From the NCBI GenBank assembly GCA_000708835.1, contig DF237009.1, positions 186,001 through 250,000 of the forward strand: a stretch of DNA of 64,000 bases, in the 5' to 3' direction. The notes beneath the pieces are model-generated. The model saw nothing but the letters and a program-made list of their open reading frames with translations, was not told where the DNA came from and ran no database searches. Of this stretch, positions 26,301-38,145 are shown piece after piece (position 1 is the stretch's first letter; every line of letters begins with the position of its first letter). A program made the translations under genes and the position numbers. Source of the DNA: Klebsormidium nitens (Eukaryota > Plantae > Klebsormidiophyceae).

Positions 26301-28371
26301 GGATGGGCGGCGGCAAGGAGAAGCTCTTCGTGCTGGACGGGGAATACCGCCCCGATCTCAGCTGGAGCCGCGCCTTCCGCATGTAAGATGCTTCCCCAGA
26401 ATAGTTATACAGCTTCTCCCGATCAACCTGCCAGTTTTAGTGTCATCTAATTAAGACTAATTTCACTCAACATCAGATCGACTAAGTTAGTCTAAAATAT
26501 TCACTAAAACTGGCAGGTTGCTCGGAAGAAGTGTAACAAGCTCAATTCAAAGTGAGAACGAAGCTAACACTACCCCTACAGTCACCCGCTCCGCACCCGT
26601 GCCCACCCTAACCCCCAGACTAACCCCACCCGTCCCAGTACTATAAGTTGAGCTTACTATACCCTTTTTTGGAATATGACGATACAAGCCTCATGTGCTC
26701 GGTTAAGGAATGGGGTAGGCAAGTCGTATCGATTTCAGGTTAACATGCAGCCAGTTCGAGATAGATCAGTTGCCGGGGGACGGGTAGGGTTACTTTTGGG
26801 GTTAGGGCGGAGCAGATGAGATTGCATCTAGGGTTTTGATTCAGTGCGGCCTCCCGCTTTTGCTTGTGTATCTCGACCTGGCTCAGCGCAACCTGAACGA
26901 TCGAGACTTACGAGTAGGAACCTGTATCTGAGACTATACCCATGCTTTGTGCTTAGTGGAACGGTGAACTGGATCAAAGCTGCGTTCAGGTTGAGGTCGA
27001 GCCACATTTAGCAAGGTAGACGGTTTGTGAACCCTCCTTCGACTTCTCCACTTACTTTTCACTGCATGAAAATGATCCGACGGACTCCGGATCCTTCTGT
27101 TTCATTCTTCTCTTTCTGCTCTTTCCGCAACACCGAAAACCCGTCGAGAATGAGCCATATCTAGCAAGAAAGCATTATCTGAACCCCTCCTTTGATCTTC
27201 TACACTTTTTCTACAATGGAACTCAAGGGAATCGGTTCCTTCCGTTTGAAACTTCTCTTTCCGTTTGTCCGTAGCGGAATGAAGCATGTCCGGAAAGCTG
27301 TGGAGAGGTCCGGCTTCAACGGCACCGCCATCTTCCGGACGTTTTCTCCTTCGCACTACCAAAAGGGCGGCTGGAACTCCGGCGGAACGTGCGACGCAAC
27401 GGAACCGAACCCGCAGCTCCAACTCGATCCGTACGTCCGAAAGTGAGGCCCCGCTTTCGGACGGCTCCTGAGACCCGCGCTTGCGGACGCTCTCTTCGAG
27501 TCAACCCGCTGTTCTGCCCTGCCGCGCTGAGGTTTAGATCGGACAGTCCTTGATCAAGCTTCCCTCTTGGCTTTCTCAAAAGGTCGGAAGCGAGAACCTC
27601 CGACAACTAATCGCGGTTTCCAGGCTGCTTTCTAGTAAGTATTCTGGCCCAAAAGTTCGTCTACTCAAGATAAGCGACTTCCGATGCCAGACACCTCGCG
27701 AAAGTTGCGTGCGCAGCTTCATAACGGACGTTGTTACAACCCCGCTTTGCAGCCGCGCAGTAGCTCCAACTCGTGTGGGCATTGGAGATACTGCGCGAGC
27801 AGTGTCGGTCTTCGCGACATGTGTCGCACAAAGCATCTCGTTTGAGCAATCTTTACAGGCTTGGGCCTCTCCTACAAAGATTCCTTCACGCGGTATCCTG
27901 ACAGTATCTTGAGCTTTTGCGCTTTTGGCCTTCGCTTGAGATTGGCAGGAGAAGGTTGCCCCTTGAAACCATCGCCCATTCTGGAAGTGACCTGCGGACA
28001 TCTTACTCCGGACCCCAATCATTAGGAACGAAACAGGACGCCTCAATCGGGCTTCTATCCCTCGGAAATTCACAGTGTGTCACGTGCAGCTTCTGACCAT
28101 ATGATTCTCACTCCAGGCAATCAGAAAACTGAAAGACACACCTCCTTTTGCCCCCAGTTTCCTCGACTTGACGCGCATGGTCTTTGCCAACTCGACGTTC
28201 CAAGTGATGGAGATCAGCCGGCTCAGCGCCTACCGCAGAGACGGCCACGTGGGCCCCATCGCGGGCGCGAGCGCGACACGTGGCGTCCAGGCGGACTGCA
28301 CCCACTGGTGCGCGGAGGGTGTGACGGACGCATGGGTGGACATTCTGCAAGCCATGCTGCGGACGGAATGA
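23319..28371 (+). CDS. TBL: Trichome birefringence-like / PMR5 family cell-wall polysaccharide O-acetyltransferase
   Basis: join(23319..24262,24872..25121,[exon 3 spanning the gap]..26382,27275..27442,28158..28371). N-terminal TM anchor, CDLGDGEWV, YRDFRWQPRGC, AGDSLGRN (GDS), LILNSGHWW, FRTFSPSHYQKGGWNSGGTC, AYRRDGH and DCTHWC (DxxH) are all present. An alternative ATG lies at 23220. Confidence 0.92.
25964..26216. other. Assembly gap (N run) inside the TBL gene
   Basis: 253 N; both flanks carry ctccagatcgaccgggccgacccgctgtgggcc. Confidence 0.99.
26404..26537. mobile_element. Foldback/MITE-like hairpin in TBL intron 3
   Basis: Perfect 19-bp inverted repeat caacctgccagttttagtg (26424-26442) / cactaaaactggcaggttg (26502-26520), extending imperfectly on both sides. 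Confidence 0.7.
26538..26660 (-). mobile_element. G-rich telomere-like core element, copy C (reverse), with short inverted arms
   Basis: Reverse complement reads ctgggacgggtggggttagtctgggggttaggtgggcacgggtgcggagcgggtg; arms aagctcaa / ttgagctt. Confidence 0.6.
26731..26902. mobile_element. G-rich telomere-like core element, copy D, with ~33-bp inverted arms
   Basis: gatttcaggttaacatgcagccagttcgagata (26731-26763) pairs with tatctcgacctggctcagcgcaacctgaacgatc (26869-26902); core gggacgggtagggttacttttggggttagggcggagc. Confidence 0.65.
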
Positions 28372-28600
28372 TTGTGGACGGAAAGGCTGTGGTGCGGAAC
28401 AGATGTGGACGGAATGGCGGCGGATGAGGTGATTGTGCACCGAGTGGCTTGAAGAGAAATGATTGAGGGCGGAACGTTGCGGACGGATTGGTGGCAGACG
28501 GGATGAATGCGGACGGTGGCTGTGAAGGGGATATTTAAGGGCCCAAAGGATTGCGGACGGAACGACTGCGAACGGAATGACGGACGGAGATCATTGCGGG
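28359..28600 (+). repeat. Degenerate tandem copies of the TBL terminal codons (gcggacggaatga) running into the 3' UTR
   Basis: gcggacgga/gtggacgga-type units recur at least 7 times immediately after the stop codon. Confidence 0.7.
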
Positions 28601-30602
28601 TGGATCATCTACTGCCCATAGCATAAATGGAGGGATGACGCTGAGCGTTGGCGGGCTCTGTATAAGTGGACCGGACGGAAGGAGGCAAGCGGACGGAAAA
28701 TTTGCGTCCGGAAATATCGATCGAGGAACGGACGAAGAACGACTTCGGACGCCGGCCGGAAGTGTCCGGATAGGGGCGGACCGAAATCGAAGATTGGTAG
28801 TAAAGTATGCAGGAATTCTGTAAACTCAGAGCAGGTAAAGTTTCATACCGTAACAAATACTAGTGCTAGGCTTCACTAGAGTGAATGTTGGCAGAACATT
28901 CAAGATAGGTGAAGAGTTGCTAGGGGATAGACGCAAACGTGCGCGCAGCTGGCGCTTTAGCTTTGACTCTCCAAAGAGCGCTTTGGTTTCTGACATTCCG
29001 CCTTAAAAGCTGGCCTGTTTGGGCGGTCGTTACTCTAAGTTCAACGGCCGGTTTGCATTCACGCAGTCAATCTAATCTAAGAAAGTAACCAGGTTTTGCG
29101 AAACCCATGTACGTACGTAGAGAGACGAGTGGCCCGCGCATTCGTCTCCGAAACGTTCAGATGACATAAGAAGCTCGCGAACACTGAGTGGCGAACAAAT
29201 TTTTCAAGTATGAAAAGCGCTCAAAGGGATTACATGACGCGCATAGTGCCTGGGAATCATCCGAATTCATCATGAGGCGCACCTCAGCGCAAAATGGAAG
29301 CAGGACACATGCGCGCACATTAGGAAGCCTTGGAATGGTTGATTTGTTTTCATCTGCAAATGAGTCGGCAGGGTTGACTGGATATGTATGGAGGCTTATT
29401 CGCCAAATGATGCTCGTTACGTGCGGTTTCGCCTCGCAGGATCTTTCATATTCACCACCGTACTCGAGATGGCACAGTACATTGTAGGTCACTCACTGCG
29501 AGTCGTAACGATCGCGTGGGACTTTACTGAGATCGAGGGCCACATATCCTATGAAAACACACTTAACGAGTCCGACAAAGATTGTATACCCGCTCTGCGT
29601 ATACTTGGACCGGTACCCTCGTCACCTCAGATCAGTCAACAGAAAGCCAAACGTTCCCGGCAGAGGCCCTCTGACTTAGCAATCGATGATCATTCTTGGA
29701 AGCGTTTCGATATCTGCGAGATGTCCTTTTCCCCGGCCATGCGCCGTCGGCACGTACTAGCTCTTAGCTCTTCTAGCATCGTCTTACACACTTGACGAAG
29801 TTGTGCGTGCTTGCGTGTGAAACAAGCTGTGCCCGCAGTCGCGACTTCAGCTCGTCTCGTCAATCATCGTAATTCTCGCCTTTAGCACTTACTTACACCT
29901 CATGGTATCTGATTATGCAGATTAGAACGTACCCGTGTCTACTTGCAAGCCGTTCAAGCTTAATGCAGCTGCACTTTTCGCCAAATCACGGCCACACGGA
30001 ATGTCACACTGAGAATTATCCGCAGAAATACTGGTCGATACAGCCATGTAGATGAGCTCATTCTACAACAGTTGGTTCCATTTTAGCGAGCAGAGCAATG
30101 TTTGTCCACATCACCTAATGATGTCTACCTGGCACGGCCCGCTAGCTGTCAATCAGAAGTTATCCTACCTCAGGTCAGAAACTCTCCCGCGTGAATTATG
30201 GTACACTCTCCCGCGAACTTGCTCGTCTACTTACACAAGCGAGCCGCCTTATTATTGCTCTATGCGTCCCAACGGTTTTGGAGGCCTGAGTTGCGCGTAC
30301 TTGATCTCTGGATAATATCCCTATCCCCATCCCTATTATGGTCACACTTGACGATTATCTTACAAGGCGGTGGCCCTTTTATGTTCCGACTCTTGGTTTG
30401 TACCTACCGGTCAACTTTGGCGCCTCTAAGTTTAACCTTCCTATGATTTGCGAGAAACAAGCAAGCCTCCAAACCATTATGTGTCACTATCACCTTCAAG
30501 CAAAGGGCCTCGGGGCTCGCGTGCCCGACCGCCCGGTCTCTGCCTACCAAGCTACCTTTTCTCATATTTGATAGTGCCCGGTTCTGAATCACCGGGCGCT
30601 TC

Positions 30603-33600
30603 TCAGACCATGGACAGCGGCCGCATGACCCGAGCGTAACTCGCCATCTCAAAACTCTTCTGCCCGGTAGACACGCCCGGTGGAAAACTCCGGGCATAGT
30701 TCACATCCATGGCCGAGCCAGCGCCATAAAGTTTGCCGTTCGCCGGCGGGTAGCTCTCCCCGTAAAACGGGAAATAAGGCCCCGGCGGGCTTTCTGGATA
30801 GGACACGTTAGCAAAAGCAACGTCACCGAAAGTGACGTCAGCCGCGGTAACTCTACCAAAAGTGACGTTAGCAAACGGGCCTCGGGAGGTTGCAGGGGGG
30901 CTCCCGCTGAAAGGGAACGGGCCCATTATGCGACTTTCGTTTTTGACCAAAGAGAGCCCGTTGTAAACGGCCCGGTTTGCTGGGGGCGGGATGGGACTGG
31001 GGCTGGTGGCCGGAGGAGTTCCCCCTGCGGCGGTTGGGGTCGTTGGAGCCGAGGAAGTTACGGCGTCGAACAGGTCAAGAAGGTTGAGGGTCTGCGAAAA
31101 AGAGGAAACCTCTTAAGGTCAGCTCATACGTCGGAGATTGCAGCGTGTGAGAAAGTTCTTGTGCAACGGTCCAAAGACACGGCTGGACAGATCGCCTGAT
31201 CCAGACTGTCACGAAACAGACTAACGAAGACCTCCCAAAAACCTGACCAAACCTCTGTGTACAAGGGCCGAAAACCCGGTGTGTCTCATGCGTTTGACGG
31301 AGGCTTGCGTTATATGGAAAAAGATGGGGGACAGAAACACCATTGAAACGTGAGAAGCTGACCCATTCAAGGGTCAGTATATGGGACAAGGATAAGGGGA
31401 ATCCCGAGTAAGGAAGGTCCTACTAACAATCCTACTAACAACTGCTGATTTCTGCGCAACTCAATCTGGTACGGGACAGGATCCTGATCCGAGCGGAATC
31501 TGATGCTTACCTCCTGAACGGACAGCTGCAACCGGAACTTTGGCCCGTCGTAGTGGTGCAGAATGGGCCGGAAGTGATCCTCGTCCAAGGGACTGCACTG
31601 CTTGCGGACCTTGATGCGGACCTGCAGTGCGAAGTGTCCGATCTTAGAATCTGCAAAAGCGCCACGTGGCGTTCGCCTTTGTATCGTTTCGCTGAGGGAC
31701 TAAATATACCCTCAAGCAAAACACGATGGGAATCTTCAAAGATAGAAAAGTCAGCACTGAAAAGAATGACGAGTACACATCAGTAAAGCCTCGCACAAGA
31801 CTCTGACATGACTCCATTCAGAATTCACTGGCTAATGGTAGACTGAAGCGGACCATCGTAACGACAAACTTGTCTGGTTACTGCTAAATTCCTATCCGAA
31901 AAAAGGTCAAGAAGGAATATGACTCTTTAGGCTCCTTCAGCCCCAGATCGTTCGCTTTTCTACGGCCTAGAATGGCCCGAGTCAGAAGCAGATGGATGCA
32001 AAAAGAACGCCGTTGGTATGTCGACGGTGTGACAAAGTTGGCACTTCCATTCTGTCCCTGCTACTTAGCCAGAGCGCTGACAGAATGAAGATCGTCCAAT
32101 AGGTTGGAAAGTCGAACAGAAAAGTAGAGAGTGCCAGGGAAGAACCACGACCGAATTTCATTGTGTTCTGAATGTCTGCTTTTAGCTGCAGTCCTGCGGC
32201 ACAGCAACCTTTAAGCAGCCGAGTTTCGCTTCCAAGAACTGGTTCGAGTCTTCCAAAACGTCCTTGTCCCCTACCAAAAGCAAACGCAAAGAATTTTTCA
32301 CCTGAGCTGGAAATCTGGACTCTCCCTTGGTCTTCTTATCCTCCCACGCATTTGGATCGAGGTTGGAACCTCCAAAACTAGTAGCCTGCAGACGCATAAA
32401 CAAAGTGAGATAAAGCAAACAGACTGCCAAGTTGGCAATTCGGATTTTCGGAAACGAGCTGGCCAACTAGCTTCGCTGACCCCCTGCCTGGTAAATCAGT
32501 GCGTAGATGAAAGAGCAGATCCAACCAGGCCAATATCTAATGAGGTGAAATCAAAGAAAGGCACTTCAAGGGGATCTACTGATAGCATGTGCAGGCCAAA
32601 CCTGTCCTGAAGTTGACGCCTATTCTGTAAGATCATCTATAGTATCGCAGGATCGACTAAGGTTGCGTCTTACTGCAGATACAGCAAGTAAGCTTCTGAC
32701 ACCACACAACGAGCTGCAAAGATCCGGCTTACGACTTCTGACACAAATTTTAAGCTGCACGGATCAGGTCTCACCTCATATACGCCGTGCAACTGATGTG
32801 TTGTGTAATTGTACAAGAAGAGGGGCAGTCCTGGCTGGATTGCCCGCACAGAGTCACGGTACCGCTGAGGGAGACCTGTGAGAGGGTAGTGACGTCAACA
32901 AGGCTGCCCTTGCAAGCTTCTTTTCAAAGAAAAGGTCTTCCAAGCACTCTTCTTTTCAAGCATGAAGGCAGGATTTTCTACCTCCTACCTCAAGGTGTGA
33001 AATATCAGGTGAGCTTCGAATGTGTTCAATCTCCGTGAAACTAGATGTGAAGGTTCTGGCTAAAATCTGCCATGCAAGTTACAGGTAGTTAATGCTAGCT
33101 TGTGAGGGATTCAATGAAGAAGTCACTGTGAGGGCCAGTGATTGATTGCACAACAAACTCAAAGGCCAGTTCTTGACCTGCAGTGGTCATGACACTTGGA
33201 TGAGCTCCAATTTAAGGGCAGCACAGTATGAGCTCAACTTCTGAAGTTGTCTAAGGGCCATGGCCAAACATAGAGGTGTGAGCAAAGAAGTAGACTGTAA
33301 TACGAAGCAACGAGCTTGTCAAGACGAATATCGTATCTCCAGAAGGAGCGTCGCATTTCATGAAGGACCAAAAGACAAGGAATGACAAAGCATGGAAGTC
33401 GTGATGCGTGCAGGGTGTGTGCCTTTGGTGCGATCCTCGTGATGACCTTTTCAAGTGGTTGCAAAGAGATTGAGACCGTTCTACAAAGTGAAGAAATTTT
33501 CATGACATGTTGCCAAAAAAACTACTCTATTTTCTCAGGAAACTTCACCTTGAACAAAACTCATGAATCAAGCTTGCAAAGAGCCTCACCAATCGACGCA

Positions 33601-33996
33601 AAGAAACAACTTTCATTCACCAACCAATGCGCTGCCTGTGATTACTTAATATCCAGGTTCAGCAGAAGTAAGGGAACCTATTTTGTTGGCAGACCACACA
33701 GCGCCTGACTAGGAGAAGTCTCTGTTCAGGAGTTAGCTGCAACTTCTCTGATAACCTTGCACAGATAAAGTTGAAGCTGAGAAATGAGACAATGGACCCA
33801 AATGAAACTCACCAAAAAGTCTTCGCCTCAGGTCATCCTCCATGGTGTCATTGTTGCAGACAAAGATGTAACCCCCCAAAGGCTCATTCCTAGGGAGGGA
33901 TTCAGCAGGGGGAAGGCTCTTGAACCTTCTATCCTGGTTATTGGGCCCCATGCTTTGGAGCTGATGAAGGGGAATGCCATTGAAAACCCCTGTCAT
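30603..33996 (-). CDS. DCD-domain protein of the NRP/B2 type (~322 aa)
   Basis: complement(join(33996..33813,32875..32775,32385..32302,31621..31511,31091..30603)). RFKSLPPAESLPRNEPLGGYIFVCNNDTMEDDLRRRLFGLPQRYRDSVRAIQPGLPLFLYNYTTHQLHGVYEATSFGGSNLDPNAWEDKKTKGESRFPAQVRIK...DEDHFRPILHHYDGPKFRLQLS. The start codon is uncertain. Confidence 0.93.
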
Positions 33997-34614
33997 CTTG
34001 TAACTTGCGTGCTTATACCTTGTGAAGTTCTTTGCTATGTGGTCTTGTATCCTGAGCCCTTGCCTACCTATTTTAATTGGTGGTTACACCACTAGTCCCA
34101 AGCGTACATCTTTTGATGCTTACATCAAAGCCAAAAACTGATTGCCTGCTCTCTGCACCAATTGAGACTTCCTTACTGACCCGAAGAGTCCAAAATCAAA
34201 ACCATGTTGACCACCCTCTTTCAGGACAAAGTTCAAAAGGAAGTAGAAAAAGTTAGAAAGAACCACACGGCAGCAAGTACGGCCCTCCCAACCCAAGCTC
34301 ACTAGCGGCCCAACATAACTATTGTCCGGGGCATTTTGGGAGGATGAAATCTCAGGTCCTTCGGCCCTTCCCCCTCTTTCCCCGGAATCCGGATGCCCTA
34401 GCAATAGGAAATAGGAAACGCAAAGCGTGCGAGCGTGGCGAGAGACCAGCTCGTGGCAACCGACCCTGACAGCCTGCCTGCAAGGCGTCAGAGCTGGTGA
34501 CTTCCAACAGACAGGTGTTCCTAGCTCAAGGGCAGCACCATGGTCGAAGTTTCGCATCTGACAAGTACCGGTATTTGTTGCATGTGAGCCTTCTCAAGGT
34601 AGGTAGGTAGGTAG

Positions 34615-35023
34615 TCAGTACGTGTGCACTGCAAGTACCTGCTAGTACCAGGTAACCAGGACTGTTCAGATCAGCAAGCTGGATCGAAATGGATAACCGT
34701 ACCTAACCGTTTTGGTACACAGCTGGAAAGCGATCTGCAAAGCGTACACTTTTTGGTTCGCGAATCTCAGGATATCAACCCACATGGATCGAGTGGAATC
34801 CCGAGTCTGATTTCCGAGCGATTCGATACGGGCGAGCGGCAACGCTGACGCCTAGTGCCTATCAGAAGGCTCGGATCGAATGCTGGGCGACAAATCGCAT
34901 ACACTCGCCACCCATATCCATGTGATCCGGATTTACGAAGTCGAGACGTACTATCTGTACTTCTCGGTTTAACAGTGACCAGCTTGCGACACGTGGCAAC
35001 TGTTAGTTCAGTACACACGCTGA
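34615..35023. mobile_element. Old ~410-bp foldback element
   Basis: Four nested inverted pairs: 34615-34631/35009-35023, 34672-34682/34979-34988, 34781-34789/34916-34924 and 34814-34827/34869-34881. Confidence 0.55.
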
Positions 35024-35125
35024 TTTGTCAGCCCCACATGGCCCAAGCCTAAAGTTGGGGTACACAATGCACAATATGGCTACACGATCATTGTACAATA
35101 TCTGACATCAGCTAGGCACCTACTC

Positions 35126-35733
35126 CAGGGGTTCTAGCAGGATTTTGCCCGGAGGTGCTGTGGCGCCCCTGGGCTTCGCCCCGGGGCGCCGACCAGCTTC
35201 CCTGGGGCGCCCAAGCCCGGGCGCCAGCGCCCGGTACAGTAGGTATTCTGGCGGAAGCTGTGTTTAACCGAGCCGAATTCGTGCATACCGGTCCTTGGGC
35301 TGCATCCTGTGCCTCAAGACGTCTGTCTACAGACTACCTATATACGGTACAAGCGGTCGGCAAAAAGTCAAAAAGAATCCGTGCCCTCGTATCCAAAGCA
35401 GATTTATTGTTATCATCATGATTTTTGGCCAAGTGTAGAGGGCTCGACTTATGGGATTTGTAGCATTTTCAATTAACTACAAGTGCTTATCTCCAGCTCC
35501 TGGAACCATATGGGCTTCCTTTGTGTCCTGATATGTGCAGGCAATTGCTCTGATAATCTGTAATTAGAATCCAAATTAGAGTTCCCGGTTGTGGCGGCCT
35601 GGATATAGTACTTTCCAAGAGTAGGCGGGGCCTGCGGCCCAGGGCGCTCTGGCGCCCCGGGCTGTTGCCCGGGGGCGCCAGGATTTGCCCCGGGGCGCTC
35701 TGCGCCCCGTTTGGCGCCCCGCCAGAACCCCTG
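35126..35733. mobile_element. Non-autonomous hAT-type element (608 bp)
   Basis: TIRs caggggttctagcagg / cccgccagaacccctg; perfect 8-bp TSD acctactc at 35118-35125 and 35734-35741; subterminal gcgcccc/ggggcgc motif clusters at both ends. Confidence 0.88.
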
Positions 35734-36082
35734 ACCTACTCCCTATCTGCCATGCACCGCGCATTTACCGGCGTAAGTAATCTACTTACCCGTACCTACG
35801 GTAATAACTTCTGAGCGGCCCAAGCGCCACCCCGGGGTCTCCAGGGGGCCGGCTAATAGCGACCGCCGACGCCCGGGCTAACTGCAGCTGCCGTTCAAGT
35901 TTCCAGCGGCAGATACGGTAGGTCGGGATCTGGGACCCGGTAGCAATCTTGAATCGGAACCGGGACATATTTTCAGCGCGGCCTTCAGCCTTGCAAGATG
36001 ATGAGTCTTGAGGGCATGGATGATTATGTACCCTGGAGACTTGTGAACTCTTGAAGTCGTAAGATCAGAACGGCCAGTCAAT

Positions 36083-36439
36083 GAGGCGTTTTACATGAGA
36101 GGTGGGTTGCCGAGGGTAAGTGCCGACTTACCGCGCACTGTCGCGACTAAACTTGTACCGCCCAGACTTACCGTGGGCTCGTCGCGATCGGCGTTTTACA
36201 TGGTCCGAGGGTAGGTAAGTCGATGGAAAGTCCCGATCGAGGGCAAATCCGCACTCATTTCGGACTTACCACGACTTACCACGACTTACCTCATCGATTT
36301 CGATGAGTTAAAGTAGGGCCTACTTTACCGTCGGGAAACTCGACTTACCACGGTAAGTCGCTACCATGTAAAAGGCAAGTCGTGGTAAGTCCGAAAATCG
36401 GTTTACCGTCGGGACTTTAACCTCCATGTAAAACGCCTC
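36083..36439. mobile_element. Non-autonomous element with 15-bp TIRs and a 3-bp TSD (PIF/Harbinger-like)
   Basis: Perfect TIR gaggcgttttacatg / catgtaaaacgcctc, flanked by aat on both sides; many internal gacttacc/ggtaagtc motifs in both orientations. Confidence 0.82.
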
Positions 36440-38145
36440 AATGACGACTTTTGGCCAATCAGAGGTCTGCTTTAGGATTCGCTGAGTACTCAGGATCTTG
36501 AATGTGTCAGACAGCCTCAATTGTCTCCGGTTCCGACGGAAGACTGGCATGCACGAAGATAATCAATATGTAGGATAGGTATATGTGGAAAGAAGAGCCA
36601 TACATTTCTTCAAGGCCCCTGCCCTGGAACGGGTGGGGTTAGATCGGGGGTTGAGGTTGGGCGCGGGGGTTGGGCACTGCTGCTGGGAGCAGGGAGATCC
36701 AGTTGGTTAGGGTCTACAAATGTTACAGGGGAACAAGGTTGGGTTAGGTACCGTGACAAATGCGCCTATGATCTATCCATAAATCCAGATGCCTCGCCGC
36801 TCAACAAATGGTGAGATAAAGAGCTCCGGGATCACACGCGCGGCCCTCGACGCCGACGGTGGCCGGCCGGCCCCCGCTATAGCGGCCGCGCGGGCGGCCG
36901 CGCCGGTAGTCGCTGGCCGCCCGAGCTAGCGCCGCGGCTCAAGATTGAGCTTCATGCAGCTACATAGTACGTAGCGCCAGCGCTTACCCTTGGCCCCGCG
37001 CGGCCCAGGTGGCTGCACAATGTGTACGTAGCATATTACTAAGGTAGAAAAGAACATCATTTCAAGGCTCGGCGATCTCAGATGGCAAATGCGAGCCGCA
37101 ACTTGAAGGTGGGGGCCCGTGGATCAATGAGAGCGTACATAAGGTGCTTGGCATGCCGGGCACTCCGAATTAGAGACGTAGCACAAGAGTTCCAAGGAAA
37201 AGGAACTCAACTAATTGCAAACACAAATTAACGCGCGCCCATCTTCTAATCATATATTTGTCTGCTCATCCTATTTATCAATGTAAGCTAGCTCCAATAA
37301 CGTTCCTAGTGCAAACGCGACGAGTGCGCTTGATTGCCTGACTTGCAGTTAACGCATGTTGCACATGTGAGAACCATGACATCCGACGTGGTTCATGCAG
37401 TACTTATCAGGCTTTTGGTGCTCTGCATATTGTGCTACGTGCAACAAGTACTCAGTGCATGGCTAGGCAATGTGACGTCCAACCAATACTAAGAGTCCAC
37501 AATCGATCAATCATGATACTATATATATCAAGGGGTCACTTGTCAATCAAAATAGTGTTTAAGCAGCCAGCTAGAATGTCAAGGCCACCCGTACGTATCT
37601 TGCTTCTCCTAATAATCGTTCTAGCTGCTATGACATCGATCATAAGCGATCAAGTTTCTCCAATCGGGCCAAACTTTATTATTTATAGCAAGTTCGCCTC
37701 GAGAAGAAACTTATTTGGCAAACCAAATCAACTTTCCGGTACTATGGCATTTTGCCATCACTTCACTTGGAGCGGCGGCTATTACGTGTTACTGTAAATC
37801 TTCAATTTGACAAACGCAACAGCCTAGTACCCCTTAAGAAAATCCATCTTTTACCCTACGACCAAAGCTCAAAGAATCAAGCCACTATACTTGGTTTGAA
37901 TCCGCCTTACGTATGTTCCACGGCCTTGGACCAGTTTATGCAGACACTGCTCCTGGATTGAACGCTTGAGGGCCTCGAACAACAGGCGTTCTCCCTATCA
38001 TCGATCCTCCAGAAGATGCCCCATTGTTTGCCCAGTCCCAATCACAACCACAACCTCGACTCCGTATTTGACCGACACCCCCAATGTCAGTTGCGCGCTA
38101 TCGCATTTTTCGCTTCCGAGAACGACTCCCACCGAGTTGTTCATG

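Noticed and set aside
29157-29795. Cluster of 99-135-aa ORFs between TBL and the NRP-like gene
   Set aside because: No motif, no coding-like codon bias and no convincing splice partners.
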